Shown here piece after piece: positions 40,716 to 54,100 of a DNA stretch of 64,000 bases. The stretch is from positions 23,099-87,098 of IMG/VR virus record IMGVR_UViG_3300011448_000001. The stretch is one strand, 5' to 3'. The translations under genes were made by a program, and so were the position numbers. Below the pieces are notes generated by a model. It searched no databases. It saw only the letters and a list, made by a program, of their open reading frames with translations, and had not been told where the DNA came from. Within the stretch, counting starts at the first letter, position 1. Each line of letters begins with the position of its first letter. This stretch comes from a virus. Its lineage: Duplodnaviria > Caudoviricetes.

Positions 40716-41693
40716 ATGCTTAATTTATTAAGATTTATGTACAGTACAGAAAATGCAATTACATTAAGTCTTAATGACATACGTCAAACTTTGAGTGATT
40801 ATGATATTTATGCATATTATATGGGTAAGTTCCAGGTAGGAAAGCTATATAATAGTCCTCTTAGAAATACAGATAAAAATCCAAGTTTTGCTATTTTTCC
40901 AGCAAGAAGTGGAGATCTTTTGTTTAAAGATCATGGTTCAGGTCAGTCAGGAAATATTATAACGTTTATAAAACTTATGGAAAATACAAATAGTATTGAA
41001 AAAGTTACAAGAACGTTATTAAGAATACGAAAATACGTAAATCCGTCCAATATTGCTACTAATCACTATAATACATATAATCATACGAAAATAGGTATAG
41101 TACGTCAAGATTGGACGGATATAGATATAAATTATTGGTCTAAGTTCGGAATAAGCTTAGATACATTACGTTTATATGATGTATTTAGTATAAAATACTA
41201 TTTACAAAATGATGTTGTACGAGGAATATATAACGACAAAAGCCCAATGTATGCTTATAAAGTAGGAGATAAATTTAAAATATATCGACCTTTAGCAAGC
41301 AAATATACAAAATGGCGTACTAATTTAAGTAATGACGATATCCAGGGTCTAAAACAATTAGATACCATGAAAGATATTCTTATAATTACTAAATCTTTAA
41401 AAGATGTAATGGTACTTCACGAAATGGGTTATGCAGCAATATCTCCAAGTAGTGAAACAACATTTATTCCTACTGAAATATTACCTTTTATAACTAAAGA
41501 TTTTAAAGATGTTTATATCTTATTCGATAGGGATAAAACAGGTATGGAACGAGCAAGAAAGTTTAGTAAAAAATATAAATTTAAAGCTTTCTTTGTTAAT
41601 AAGAAATTTAAAGCTAAAGATATATCTGATGCCGTAATGTTAAACGGATTTGATGTAATAAAAAAATGGATAGACAACACTTTAAAGAAATAA
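40716..41693 (+). CDS. DNA primase (Toprim)
   Basis: SPLR..DKNPSF, FKDHG, IITKSLKDVM, ILFDRDKTG, KDISD. Confidence 0.85.
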   Translation: MLNLLRFMYSTENAITLSLNDIRQTLSDYDIYAYYMGKFQVGKLYNSPLRNTDKNPSFAIFPARSGDLLFKDHGSGQSGNIITFIKLMENTNSIEKVTRTLLRIRKYVNPSNIATNHYNTYNHTKIGIVRQDWTDIDINYWSKFGISLDTLRLYDVFSIKYYLQNDVVRGIYNDKSPMYAYKVGDKFKIYRPLASKYTKWRTNLSNDDIQGLKQLDTMKDILIITKSLKDVMVLHEMGYAAISPSSETTFIPTEILPFITKDFKDVYILFDRDKTGMERARKFSKKYKFKAFFVNKKFKAKDISDAVMLNGFDVIKKWIDNTLKK

Positions 41694-41778
41694 ACCAAAG
41701 AAATGGATTTGCCATTTTAACTTTTGATTTTACTCTATCTGTGAAGACAAAGAGTAGAGAACCTAATCTTAATTTCAT

Positions 41779-42177
41779 ATGAAGTTAAGTAGCAGTAAAG
41801 GAAGAGTTAGAAATGCGACTAAAGTCAGTAAGTATGGCATAGACTTTAAGTCTAAACTCGAATGTTATACTTATGAAGCTCTTACACAAGCTGGTATCAG
41901 CGTAAAGTATGAGCCAAAGCATTTCACTCTTTTAAACAAGTTCGAGTACATGGGAGAGAAAATACGTCCTATAACTTATCTTCCTGATTTTATAGGAATC
42001 TATAATAAAAAGAAATTCATTGTAGAATGTAAAGGATTAATAGGAGATTCTTTTCCATTAAGATATAAACTATTTAAATATTATTTAAAACGACACAAAA
42101 GCAACCAAAAATGTTATCTTGTAAGAAACCAAAAACAAGTTAACGAAATGGTTGAAGATATAAAGAAAGCAGCATGA
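41779..42177 (+). CDS. PD-(D/E)XK endonuclease
   Basis: FKSKLE...YLPDF...IVECKG. Confidence 0.8.
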   Translation: MKLSSSKGRVRNATKVSKYGIDFKSKLECYTYEALTQAGISVKYEPKHFTLLNKFEYMGEKIRPITYLPDFIGIYNKKKFIVECKGLIGDSFPLRYKLFKYYLKRHKSNQKCYLVRNQKQVNEMVEDIKKAA

Positions 42178-42956
42178 AAAGTTTTTTAAAAGTTGGTGAT
42201 AAAGTGCTTAAGAAAGCAGATAAGTCTTTTGATTATGAATTAGTACCAGGAGTAACATATACTGCTAAAGTAGATAGATTCGAAGATGAAGTATTTTTAA
42301 CAATCGGAGCAGATTTATCTATTCCTACTAAAATATATTCAACAAAAAAAGACGATAGATTTAAAGATCGTGTAATATCTCGATTTAATAAATCAGAGAA
42401 AGGATTTACAGGTGTTATGCTTACTGGAGTAAAAGGATCTGGTAAGACAATGACTTGTAAATGTATCGCTACAGAAGCAAAATTACCAATTATAAAAATA
42501 GGTGACGATTTTTATCGTGGATACCTAAATAAGTTGTTTGAAATGCTTGGAGATACATCAACATGTATTTTGTTTGATGAAATAGATAAGTACACAAACA
42601 TACTTAACGGAAACGAACTGTTATCATTACTTGACGGTATAAACACAGTAGGAAAACACTTAATTATATTCACAGCTAATGAAACAAATTGTTTAAACGA
42701 GAATCTTATGAACCGTTGTTCTCGTATTCGTTATTGGAAGAAATTTAATGAATTAGATAAAGAAACAATAACTCTTATTATAAAAGATTATATTAACGAC
42801 GCTACTAAAGTAGATGATGTTGTTAATTTTATTATTGATAATTTTGAGTGTAAATCGTTTGATAATATTGTATCTTTTTCTGAAGAAATAAATGAATATC
42901 CAAACGATGATTTAATGGAGTTGTTTAATGACATGAATTTATATAAAATTAAATAA
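42174..42956 (+). CDS. AAA+ ATPase
   Basis: GVKGSGKT Walker A, ILFDEIDK Walker B, FTANE, RCSR. Confidence 0.85.
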   Translation: MKSFLKVGDKVLKKADKSFDYELVPGVTYTAKVDRFEDEVFLTIGADLSIPTKIYSTKKDDRFKDRVISRFNKSEKGFTGVMLTGVKGSGKTMTCKCIATEAKLPIIKIGDDFYRGYLNKLFEMLGDTSTCILFDEIDKYTNILNGNELLSLLDGINTVGKHLIIFTANETNCLNENLMNRCSRIRYWKKFNELDKETITLIIKDYINDATKVDDVVNFIIDNFECKSFDNIVSFSEEINEYPNDDLMELFNDMNLYKIK

Positions 42957-43943
42957 ATGAATATAACAATACCATATTACGAGGATAACACAAGAATATC
43001 CAATAGTGCAATAGGGTGGTTCTTAAAACATGGACCACTCTATTTGTATAAAAAACTATCTGGATTAATACCAGACGAAAAGAATAGTACTCTTGAACGT
43101 GGAACCATGATTCATGAATACCTTTTACAGCCAGAAATATTCGATACTCATTATACATTATGGAGTAAAGCAAAACCTGCTTCAGAACAACAGAGAACCT
43201 TTTGTCAAGCCATAGTAGAGAGTACCGAGATAGAGCCAAATAAAGCCGTTTTAGAGGCATATAAGAAGGCTTATAGCACAGCTGGAAAGACAGAAGATAA
43301 AATACTGTCAGAAAGCTTAAAATTAGCATTTAAATTAAGAGATTATATAGCTTTTATCAAAGAAAATAAGAAAACGATAATTACAGATTATGATATGTAT
43401 ATGCTTCAAAAAATAAAAGAAAATATAAAAAAGCATGAAGCCGCAAAAAATATCATTACTACAGTAGGAAAACATGATAATGTAGAAACATTTCATGAAT
43501 TTCATATAAATTGGCAATGGGAAAACGTAAATTGTAAATCGTTACTTGATATAATACAGTTTGATTATGATAAAAAAGTATGTACAATATCAGACTTGAA
43601 AACCACATCAAAATTGTATAAATTTGAGGAAAGCATTAAAACATATGATTACTTAAGACAATTATGTTATTATAAGTTGGCTGCAGAATGGTATATAGAA
43701 AACGAATTAAAGCAAGAACCATTATATTGGGACTTTAACTTTAATATAGTTGCTATAGATACGCAAACTGATTTCTCAGTAAGAGTTTTTAATATACCGT
43801 GGCGTTTTATACATACACGAAGTGATTGTATTTGGAACTCTTTAGGAAAAATTAGTTGGCATATTGAAAATAATTTATGGGAACACAGTAAAGAGTACTA
43901 TTTAAATAATGGTATAGAAACTCTAAATTTAGAAGATGAGTAA
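42957..43943 (+). CDS. PD-(D/E)XK exonuclease (RecE/DUF3799-like)
   Basis: ISNSAI, GTMIHEYLL, CKSLLD, ISDLKTT, YLRQL. Confidence 0.8.
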   Translation: MNITIPYYEDNTRISNSAIGWFLKHGPLYLYKKLSGLIPDEKNSTLERGTMIHEYLLQPEIFDTHYTLWSKAKPASEQQRTFCQAIVESTEIEPNKAVLEAYKKAYSTAGKTEDKILSESLKLAFKLRDYIAFIKENKKTIITDYDMYMLQKIKENIKKHEAAKNIITTVGKHDNVETFHEFHINWQWENVNCKSLLDIIQFDYDKKVCTISDLKTTSKLYKFEESIKTYDYLRQLCYYKLAAEWYIENELKQEPLYWDFNFNIVAIDTQTDFSVRVFNIPWRFIHTRSDCIWNSLGKISWHIENNLWEHSKEYYLNNGIETLNLEDE

Positions 43944-44439
43944 ACTTGCAAAAATATTAATACCTTTAATCGCGGACAAAACAACAAAAAATGATTATAC
44001 CGAAGATGCAGGTTTTATAGATTTGTATACATTCGATATGGACAAATATAAAAACTATAAAGGGATTTATTTAATGTTTAAGTCAAATATAAGTACAGAT
44101 GCGTCAAAAACACGAAGTATTAATTTGAGTAGACAACCAGGAATTATTTCAGTGCATACTAAAATAATAAACGGGAATCCTTTTATAATTTATAGTTTCG
44201 CTAAATCAGAATTAGTAAAAAAAATAACTGATTCTAATATATGTACGTTAGATTCAAATAGTTTAAAGACAATATTAAAGTTTTGGGGTATCGACGATAA
44301 ATTCGTAGATTATATATTGTCTAACTGTGGATGTCTAACGTACAATAGAGAAAAGATAATTCCAGAAACAGATACGCAAAAAACATTAGTTGAATATTTA
44401 CACGAAGGTATTACATACAATAAAAGGGAGGCAGCCTAA
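43936..44439 (+). CDS. Hypothetical protein; last gene of the replication block
   Basis: 167-aa ORF. Confidence 0.7.
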   Translation: MSKLAKILIPLIADKTTKNDYTEDAGFIDLYTFDMDKYKNYKGIYLMFKSNISTDASKTRSINLSRQPGIISVHTKIINGNPFIIYSFAKSELVKKITDSNICTLDSNSLKTILKFWGIDDKFVDYILSNCGCLTYNREKIIPETDTQKTLVEYLHEGITYNKREAA

Positions 44440-44470
44440 TATAGGTTGTCTCCCTTATTTTTTTGTTTTA
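44424..44470. terminator. Bidirectional intrinsic terminator between convergent blocks
   Basis: AAGGGAGGCAGCCTA/TAGGTTGTCTCCCTT stem flanked by A- and T-runs. Confidence 0.8.
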
Positions 44471-44514
44471 TATATAGAATAAGAATAATCTAGGCAAATT
44501 AAAAATAATTTTAA

Positions 44515-47500
44515 TTATATATTTCTTCTAGATCTTCTTTCTTCAGCTCTATCTTTTCTTTCTTGTATACGTTCTTGCATCCTTTCTTTTCTTTCCTATA
44601 TTCTTTCGTATCTTTCTCTTAATCCTGGATGTTTTATATATTTTAATTCTTGTTTAGCTTCTTCTGTTTTTAATATATGATTACCAGTAATAGTAAATAA
44701 ATATTTATACTAATTTTGATAGAAAACATCAGTCTATGATGCTCCGTTTGGTGCAAAAGTAGAATGAAGATTCTTGAGAGGGCTTATTAAATATGCTAAA
44801 TTTTTAACCTAAATAGATTCTCCTCTATAAGCACCCTGTTTAACTATTTCACTACCATCTACTGCGAATGAGAATAAATCTGGATTTATTGCATAAGCAG
44901 CATTCTACATTAATCCTGCAGCACCTTGCCCAAATGTTTCAGCACCAGAAGATATAGCAATAGCAGTTTTTACTAAGTCATATACAGCATATGGTGACAT
45001 TTCATCCATAGTACCACCAATTAAACGTGTTTGCAATAAATTAGTAGTATATCTATACTCTCCGTTTTGTATCCAAGCATTTGGAGAGAAATCTATTATA
45101 TTAGAACTTCTTTCTCCTGTTGAAGTAACAAATCCAGATGGTGCAGGTTTGGCTTCTGTTTCCATTTTTAAAGAATTATGTGCTTCTACACAAGCCATTA
45201 TTTGACCATATAAGAATGCAGCATCTATTATAGTTTTACATATTGCATTTCTTGATACAGAATTCATTATATCAAGTTTTTTCCACTAAAAAGTAAATAA
45301 ATAATACGCATTGTGTAATATTCTTAAACAAAATCTTGCTACTTCATAAAGAATCTAATCATTATATTCTCCAGTAGCAACATTAAAAGATATATTTTTA
45401 CGGAACTAAGGATTATCGCTAAGCATATCATCAACTCTTTCAGCAATATATTTTATACTTTTCCTAAACACATTACCTTTAAGTTTATAATTTTCTTTTT
45501 CTTTTACATTATATAAAGTATAATCATCTCCATGAGTGGTCCACTGTTGAATTGTTTGTAACATCCAATTACGTATAGAAAATATCCATTTTCCCCACCA
45601 TTGTGTTTGAAAATAAGGAGTATCGTTTTCTGGTTGCATACCATTATATAATGCTGATCTTAATTGTGTTTTGGTATATATACGTGTTGCCTTATCGTCA
45701 GTTAAATATTTTTCATATTCTGGTTTTATATATAACTTTCCGTTTTTAAAACCGTATGCATCCCACATTGTTTTTTTACACAACAAATGTGCTTTTCTTG
45801 CAGAAATACCACTAAATCCACTATTTTTAAACGCAGCAACTAATTCGTGTCTTGTATAAAATCCAGGTTTTACATATGGACCGGTATATAATCTACTTCC
45901 GTTATAAAATGCTCTTAACACTAACGCTGTGTTTACATAATCAAACGCAGAAAATGAATCCATTAACCAGTTTGTAGGATTTACATAATGAGATAATTTA
46001 CCGTGATTTAACATACTAATTCTATCTCTAAACGAATGTTTCATACTGTTTAACTACATTAATGCAACAAGTTTAGATGTGGGAACTGGAGTACCGCAAC
46101 TTCTAAATATCTATGTAAGTTCATATGGATTTAATACGTCAGCTATAGCAGCAAAGAAATCTCTTGGTCCATTATATTTCATTAAAAGAGACTGTCTGAA
46201 AAATTTAAAGAAAGAATCAAGTCCACCAGTTATTGCTGCTGTAAAATTAAATCCAAGCATTCTTAACTACAGCATAGTTTTAATTCTTATAGTCATTTTC
46301 TATGCTCCGACAGAGTTTAATTTGCTTTTTTTAGCAGACAAGCTCTCAGATTCACTTGTATCGTTTACTCTTTCAAACATATGAGTTTTCATCATATTAT
46401 TAAATGCTTCCCAAGAATTTACACTATTATTTGCATAAATACGATCAACAGTCTATTCTCTATTTTTAGGAGCTAAAGCATTCTATAATAAAGAAAGCTA
46501 TGGTAACACTTGTGTTTTTTCTTTAAATAAATTAGCCATATCAGCAAATGCAAGTACTGCTTCTGTAATGTGTGATGTTATAGAAGAAGGATCATCAAGT
46601 TTTCTTAAAAATCTTATTGGAACATGATACATGTTTGTTCCATCTGCATTCTTTACATCGCTCTATAAACGTATATATTCATAATCGTTTTGTTGCATAC
46701 CAAATGCAGCATTCATCAAATAGTTCCATGTTTTACCTCGTGATTTAGAGTTTAATAAATTACAACGAGAAAGAATAGACATTGTATTTCCTTCTATTTG
46801 CGGTAAGAAATATTGATATTGACCAGAATTTGGTTGAACTATAGCTAAAGATTGTTTCATTACATTTATAAGTTTATCATAAAGAGCTTTTTGTTCGTTA
46901 TTTTCAGCCATTTTATAATAATCTTTGTTTTCATAATATTCTTTCTTTGGCTATACTCCATTAGGATCAGAATGATCATATTCTGAATTATAATATTCAC
47001 CATAAGATTCTGAAAATCTACTTCCTATTGGAATATAATCAACCGTTTTTCTTTTTGTACCGTCGTTAGAAATAAATTCCTATTCTGATGGTTCCATCTA
47101 TGAGAAAACACCAATTAATACGTCTGGTTCATATTGTTTATTACCATTTTCGTCGTAATATTCACGAGTATATCTAAATAAATGTTCATCCAACCAGTTT
47201 ATTATTTGTGTTTGTGTTTTACCTTCAAAACTAATCGGAACTCCGTTAGCATCAGTTAAATTATGTATAAATCCTGTCTATAATGCTTCTTCTACATATT
47301 TTTTCTATACATATTCATATGCAGTCATAGGAATTCTGGTCTTAGATGTATCTCCAGAATAGTATCTTTCTCCAGTAAGTTTATCTATAAGAATATATCG
47401 TGTTACTCTATCTGGACCAACTTCCTTTTCAATGTATAAAGTTGGAGAAGTTTTATATTTCTATGTAAACATCTTAAAGAAACTATCTCCTTCTTCTATA

Positions 47501-50500
47501 GAAACATTTCTTGTTTTTACACCTCTATTTATAATTTCATCTCTGTTTCTAGCATCAATAAAGAACTAAGGATTGTTTATGAATTTTGATAAATCTCTAG
47601 TAAATGCATCATAAGTATGCATACTACTTTTAAGTGCTGACTAAAAATAACTTGCTTTTATAGCTTCGTTTTTTAAACTATCGTCATCACTATATTCTTT
47701 ATATCTAGTAAATCTACCAAAAGTTTGATCAAAATAATCTGGATCTATCTGTCTTCTTGTGTTATATTTATAAAATTCTTGTAATTTTAAGTTAACATGT
47801 ATCTACATATTACGTTCTTCCTAAGATCCAGGCTATATTGGATGATTAAGACTTTGTATATATTCATTCTATGCTGTTGCAATAATTCTATTAATTTCTT
47901 TATCGAATTTCTATCTATCTATACTTTTATTAGTTTTTTCACCAATAAAATTCTACCAAGCTTGTATTTCAAGAGCACATTTTACATCTTCGTCTGATTT
48001 TAATTCTCCTTCTTCTGTATATGGATTAGATAATTCTTCTAATTTAGTTTTCCAACTATCAAGAGATATTTTATCAGAAGGTTCTAATTCTTCTGGTTTA
48101 GCAAAACCGTTTTTATCTGTACATTTATCAAGATAATAATTTATATTAGACTATATACGATTATATCTAGTAAGTGTTTTTAATGATAAGCCGTGTCCTT
48201 TAGAAGCATAAATATTATAATTACCATATTCATCAGTACTTCCATCATACGGAATAGATAAACGTTCTTTATAGTACTCTAACGTATATCGTTTATTAGC
48301 ATGTTTACATTCCCATTCTTCAATTTTAAGTAACCATTCTACATACGGAGGTTGCACAGGTTTTCCTTCTTCATCGTATTCCCATTCTTCGTTTTCAGCA
48401 GGATATTGACTTCCAGATCTGATAACAACACCGGCATCGTTTTCATAATAGAAAAATCCATATTTGTTTTCAAATTCTTCTTTAAGTCTGTCCATAAATT
48501 CACACCTATCGATATTATACTAACCATAATTTATAGGTCTTACAAAATTTCCAGTAGGATTACCAAGTCTATCATATTCCATAAATACCTTTTCCCAACT
48601 TCCAGGTCTCCAAGAATTTCCTAAAGGTTTTGCTTCTTTATACAAATTCATGACGTCGTTCTATATTTCTATAGACTGTTTATTTGCTCTATAATTAGCT
48701 TCTTGTATAACCTAGAAAGCAAGTTTTATAACCGGATTCTCAGAATAAGAATAATTACTAAACCATTTAGAGATATTAGAAATATCAGAATGTACAGCGT
48801 TTTTATGTAACCAATCTTTAGCGTTTTCTTTTACTTTTTCTTTTCGTGTAGTATTATCTATTGTATACCACTTATCAACAAGATCGTCTATGATTTTATC
48901 AGTAACCTATAATAATGCAGATCTCCAATAAGCAATAGCCTAATCTATACTAATCTACAAATCATAAGATCTGTCTCTTAGATCTTTATCAGACCAATGA
49001 TTATTACTATGATTTAATCTAGCATCACCAATTAATTTGTGTATTTCTTGTAAATAAGACAACGCATTATCCCACAAATCAAATAATTGTTTATCGGTTA
49101 TTCCTTTAAATGTTCCATCTGGTTGTATTATATCATCAAAAAATCCTAAAATAGTACCTTTTCTTTCCTCTCTGGTTTGATTAATACTTCCCAATCTATC
49201 TTGAGCAAACATTAAACCAATTCTTAAAGATTCTTTATCGTGTTTAGTTTTTAGATCTTGATAATTTTCATAGATTTTATCCTATATTCTTTGTTGACTT
49301 TTTGTTTTCTTTTGTACATTGTTATACTTATTATACATTTTAGAAAACAATTTTAACATATCATAAGACAATTGCTCTTCTAAATCATTAAAATGTTTTA
49401 TAGAATAAGCATGTTTTATATTATAGATCTATTGACCAGGAAGATTATATTTAATATCTTTTTTAGATTTATCAGATAAATATATCTATACTTGTTCTGA
49501 AGTAATAAGTTCAGCTAAATCTTTAAGTTTTATATTTTTGTTTATATTAACAAAACTTGCAGCAATCTTTCTACCTATTTCTTTGAATTTAGTAATAATC
49601 CAAGATAAGAACTATGTTTCGATTTTACGTTCTTCTTTAGTAAGAGTATCATAGCGTTTCTTTACTATTTTAGTAAGTGTTTGTGTTACAATTTCATTAT
49701 CTATATCTTCTTTAGAAAAACCTTTATAACGTTTTTGTATATCTTTTACCAAAGATTTATAATTCTTTAAAGCATCTTTTAAAAGATTATTAAAAGCCAT
49801 AGTGTTATCATACTACATAGAAGTAATTAACGGGTGTAAAAACTCTTCTATTGCAATTTCAGCAGTAACTCTACCTTCGATTAAGTATATAGTACCATCT
49901 TTTACAAATGAATTTGCTTCAGCGTTTATATGTTCTTCGGTAACCCATTTATCAAAGAATTCGTTTTGTTGTACCCACTCTATATTAATTTCTGGAAACA
50001 CATCTTTTAGATAATTTAAATATGTTCCTATAACTTCTTTATCTTTTTTAGATGTTTTTTCAGAGAAACCTTCACCTACATATTGTAAAACAAATGGTTG
50101 TATATTATCATTTTTCCATTTATTTAATAAACGTACTCTATAACCATTAGATTTAGCAGCTTCAAATATACTATTTATTTTATCTTCAGAGTCTTCAGTA
50201 GTCCATACACCGTTGCTATGTCTAGTAGCTAACTATGACATCTATGATATAACGTCTTCATTTATTTCTCCTAAACTGTGATATATATTATCATCTTTAG
50301 TAGAAAATGCACCTTCATTATATAATGCTGATTTTATCTGATTTGGATTAAACGCTATATATATAGTAGCAGGAACCACTTTAGCAGAACCAGCATCCTT
50401 TAAATTTTTAATTATAACACCATCGTAATCTTCAGTTTTTGCCAAATTTGCCAACTGTCTAATAGACCAATAATCTTTATTTGGACCATACGGAATTTCA

Positions 50501-51111
50501 TCATAACCATGACCATTTGCGTCAACAATTAAAGGATTTTTTATAGTTTCAAATAACACCATAGATTTATTTTGTTGGGTTTCTATAATTTCTTCGTAGT
50601 GATCCCTCATCTAATCTAATACATTATGAGAAACTTCAGATTCGTCATAAATCATATCGGGCGGAGTTATATAATCTCTTATATCGTTCATATAAGAATC
50701 TGCAATAGATTTTACATCTGTTGTAAATATAGATAATCTGTCATCTGATTCATTTATATCATATGTATCAAAATCAAAATTGGTTCCGTGATATACAATC
50801 AACGGTTCTTCGTTCTAATCTACAACTTTAGATACATTAGTTTTATCATCAGATATCCAATCGCCAAACCAATTCCTAAAGCTCTTTGAATACACTTTAG
50901 ACTTTTCCTATATAGCTTTAGCTCTATCGCCATTTAGACCGTCTAATAATGCTTTAAATAGCTTAGAATCGGCCCCGTTAGGGGCCTTATCTAAACCATA
51001 ACCATTATTCTCGGCTATAACATAATATGCAGCATTTTCACTACTAAGTATCTCAGTATATTCCTACAGAAGAGCTGCAACTTCTAGATTTTTAAAATTT
51101 ATACAATTCAT
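44515..51111 (-). CDS. Giant virion cargo (polyvalent) protein, about 2198 aa with TAG=Gln; N-terminal ART-PolyVal-like domain
   Basis: Nine track fragments share one frame. ATG at 51111 overlaps the upstream TAA; TAA at 44515. SKVVD-Q-NEEPLIVYHGT...YDGVIIKN...IAFNPNQIKSA. Junctions spot-checked only. Confidence 0.8.
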
Positions 51112-54100
51112 TATTCACAATCTTTTTTACGTTGTTCTCCAAGCTTATCGAGTTCACTAATAGTAGATTGCATATTATTAGCTGCATCTTTTTCTGAGAA
51201 CTTCTTGTTAGCTTTATCTATTATTTCTTGACGTTCTATGTCATTTTCTCCAAACTTTTTAGTCTTTCCGGTAATTCTTTGTATTACAACACGTCTATTG
51301 CCAGATCTCATTGCTATATATTCATGACCTCCGTGTTCTACCACAACAGCATCTCCGTTCTACCACTTATAATTAGCTATAATCTTATTTCTATCAGCAG
51401 TACCTTTTTCTATAAATACTTCTTTACCGTCTTTATTAAATATATGTATACCAGTACTATCTTCTTTTACTTCATATGTTTGTTTAGTTTTACCTTTCGG
51501 AGTATAAGTTACAGATGTTTTTAACTGATTCTGTTTTGGTGTTTCTGTAGTAATTGTAGGTTGTTGAGCAGAATTAACTAAATTATTAAATTCTTTTTCG
51601 AATACAACGTTAGAAGGTATGTTTTCACTAGCAAACATACTTGCCATTTCTTCATTAGAATATGCGTTTAAATTTTGTCCGATCCCGGAATACGCAACTA
51701 AGAATTGTTTATCTGTATTCTGTCTAGCAAATTCATACAATTTGTGTATTTGTTCTTTTATTTGTTCAGGAGTTCTAGATGGATGAGTTTGTTTAGTTAA
51801 ATCTTTTGTAATTATTGCATAAGATTGGCCTTGTGGTCCTTCTGCTTGTCCATATATAGCACCAAACTTACTTCTAGCTGTTAACGCTGCACCTTTACCG
51901 TGTCTGCCTTGAGTATTAGACCCAAATACAAATACTTGATTGGGTTTAAGACTTTCTATTTTACCTGTATATACCTATCTTGTATTTGATTGATTTGTCT
52001 ATTGTTTCTGAACAGCAGATTTACCAAAAGTCTTTTCAAACACTTCACGTATAGCATTAAAAGCAGCTTTCTTCTTAGCATCTCCTACATATTGTTCTCT
52101 AGATATCCATTTACCATCTTTAAGTACTTGATAGTTCTATATATCTCTACTACCAATACCAGCAAAACGCTCAGTTAAAGTAGGTGTCTCTTCAGCTACA
52201 AAAGAATTAGTATCGTAATCGTATTTATACCATTTTTCTGTGTTAATATCCCATACATGTGTAGGTTTCTACATAGATTTAGCAGCAGTTATAGCATTAT
52301 TTGTACCACCTTTAACAGAATTACCAGATATTGTAGCTACTGCAAATATAGCATCGGCATTAGTAACCTAATAATAATTTCTTGCCTATAGATTATCTTG
52401 TACATTATCATTAAGAGGTCTTCCTATCAATTTAGACATTTCTTGTCTTGCATATTCCATCTGTTCTTCTGTTAATGAAGATGCTTTTACTCCTTGTTTT
52501 TCGAGATTTGAAGAAAGTTTAATGTTTTTAGAATCTCTATAATGGAATATATTAGTAATACCAAACTTTCTAGCATACATATCCCACGCTGTATCAGCAC
52601 CATATGCGCCACCACTAGTCATAGTATAAGCGTTTGGGTTATTTTCTGTATTAGAAACAGTCTGTTGTTCAGAATAAGCTTCTTTACTCTTAGATTGTAC
52701 TACACGAGGTTCGTCCGTTTGTTGTTGACCAGTCTAAATATTCTATTTATTAATTGTATCAGAAAGGGCTCTATCGGAAAGAGTATCTTTAACTTCTCTT
52801 TCATGTGCTTTTTCAGATGCAAATTTATAATCAATGTGTGCTTGTTCAATAGAAGTTTCATTATTAAATATTCTATTTGCTATTGCTCCATAAAAAGTAT
52901 CTAATTGTTCTAAATCGTAATTATATTCGGAATCGTGAGAATTAGATAATCTTAAGAATTCCTATAAATATCTAAATGCGTTATCAAAATTATATTGTGT
53001 ATAACCATTAACGTTATTAAATTTAAAATCAAACGATGTTCCATATTCATATATAATACCTTCTCTATCACTATATCCTTTCTTTGGCATTAATAAATAT
53101 ACATTAGTAAAAGGAATGTTTTTATATAAATTAAGAGATTGTACAGGATCTATATATTTATTTCCTTTTACTATAGTAATATAAGGAGCGGTTAATTCTT
53201 TATCCTAACTCATTAATACTAATGGAGACTACGGATCTTTTGGATTTTTAATAAATATAAATCTGTCTTGATCTTTATTATTTTCATCTTTATATGTCAT
53301 CTATGTTCTTTGTACATAATTATAGTCAGTATAATTATTTTGTACAATTTCATCAAGATTTAACATATCGTTTATATCATGATTATTTGATAATACATTA
53401 TATATATAATCAGCAAAACTACCGCGTTCATTAACTACACTATTTGCTAATTCTCCACGAACAAACGAAGGTGGTAAATATTTAAGTAATGTACCCATTT
53501 TATTACTTTCTCCAGAAGTTAAAAACGCATATACAACAAGCTATCTTGAGAATTTTTGAGTTTCGGGATCGTTTAATAAATCTTCCCATGAGTCTATTAA
53601 TGGGTTTTCTTCTATTGCACCACCGTCAAGCTTACGTATGGTTTTAACAAATCTTGGATATTCTACTTCATTATTTTTAGTTATCTTATCGTAATCCGTA
53701 ACAGTAGTTACCAATGAATTTATTATACCGTTGTTTATAAGATGCTTAAACCTATCATTTACCTATATTAAATATTTTAATCTGTCTAATTTAACAGCCA
53801 TCGATTTTGGACCAACAAACAAACCTCTTATATCTATATCGTTTTGTTCAGCATATTCAGTAATAAATTTAGATTTAATCTATGTTATTGCAGATTGACT
53901 CAATGATTTTAAGAATTTAGATGTATTTTCTTCTTCATCATCATTTATAAGTATATCAGAAAAATGTATTATTGCATTTACAAAATTTTTGTTTCCGTTA
54001 AATGTTTGGTTTGATAATACATTTAGTGGTTCAAGTATTCCATTAATTGTTTTATTTTCTATCCAACTTCCTTGTATAAGATTATTTAAAGACTTCATAT

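Noticed and set aside
35119-41693. Inteins or introns in polymerase, helicase or primase
   Set aside because: Genes are compact and continuous, with no insertion-sized segments or splice motifs.
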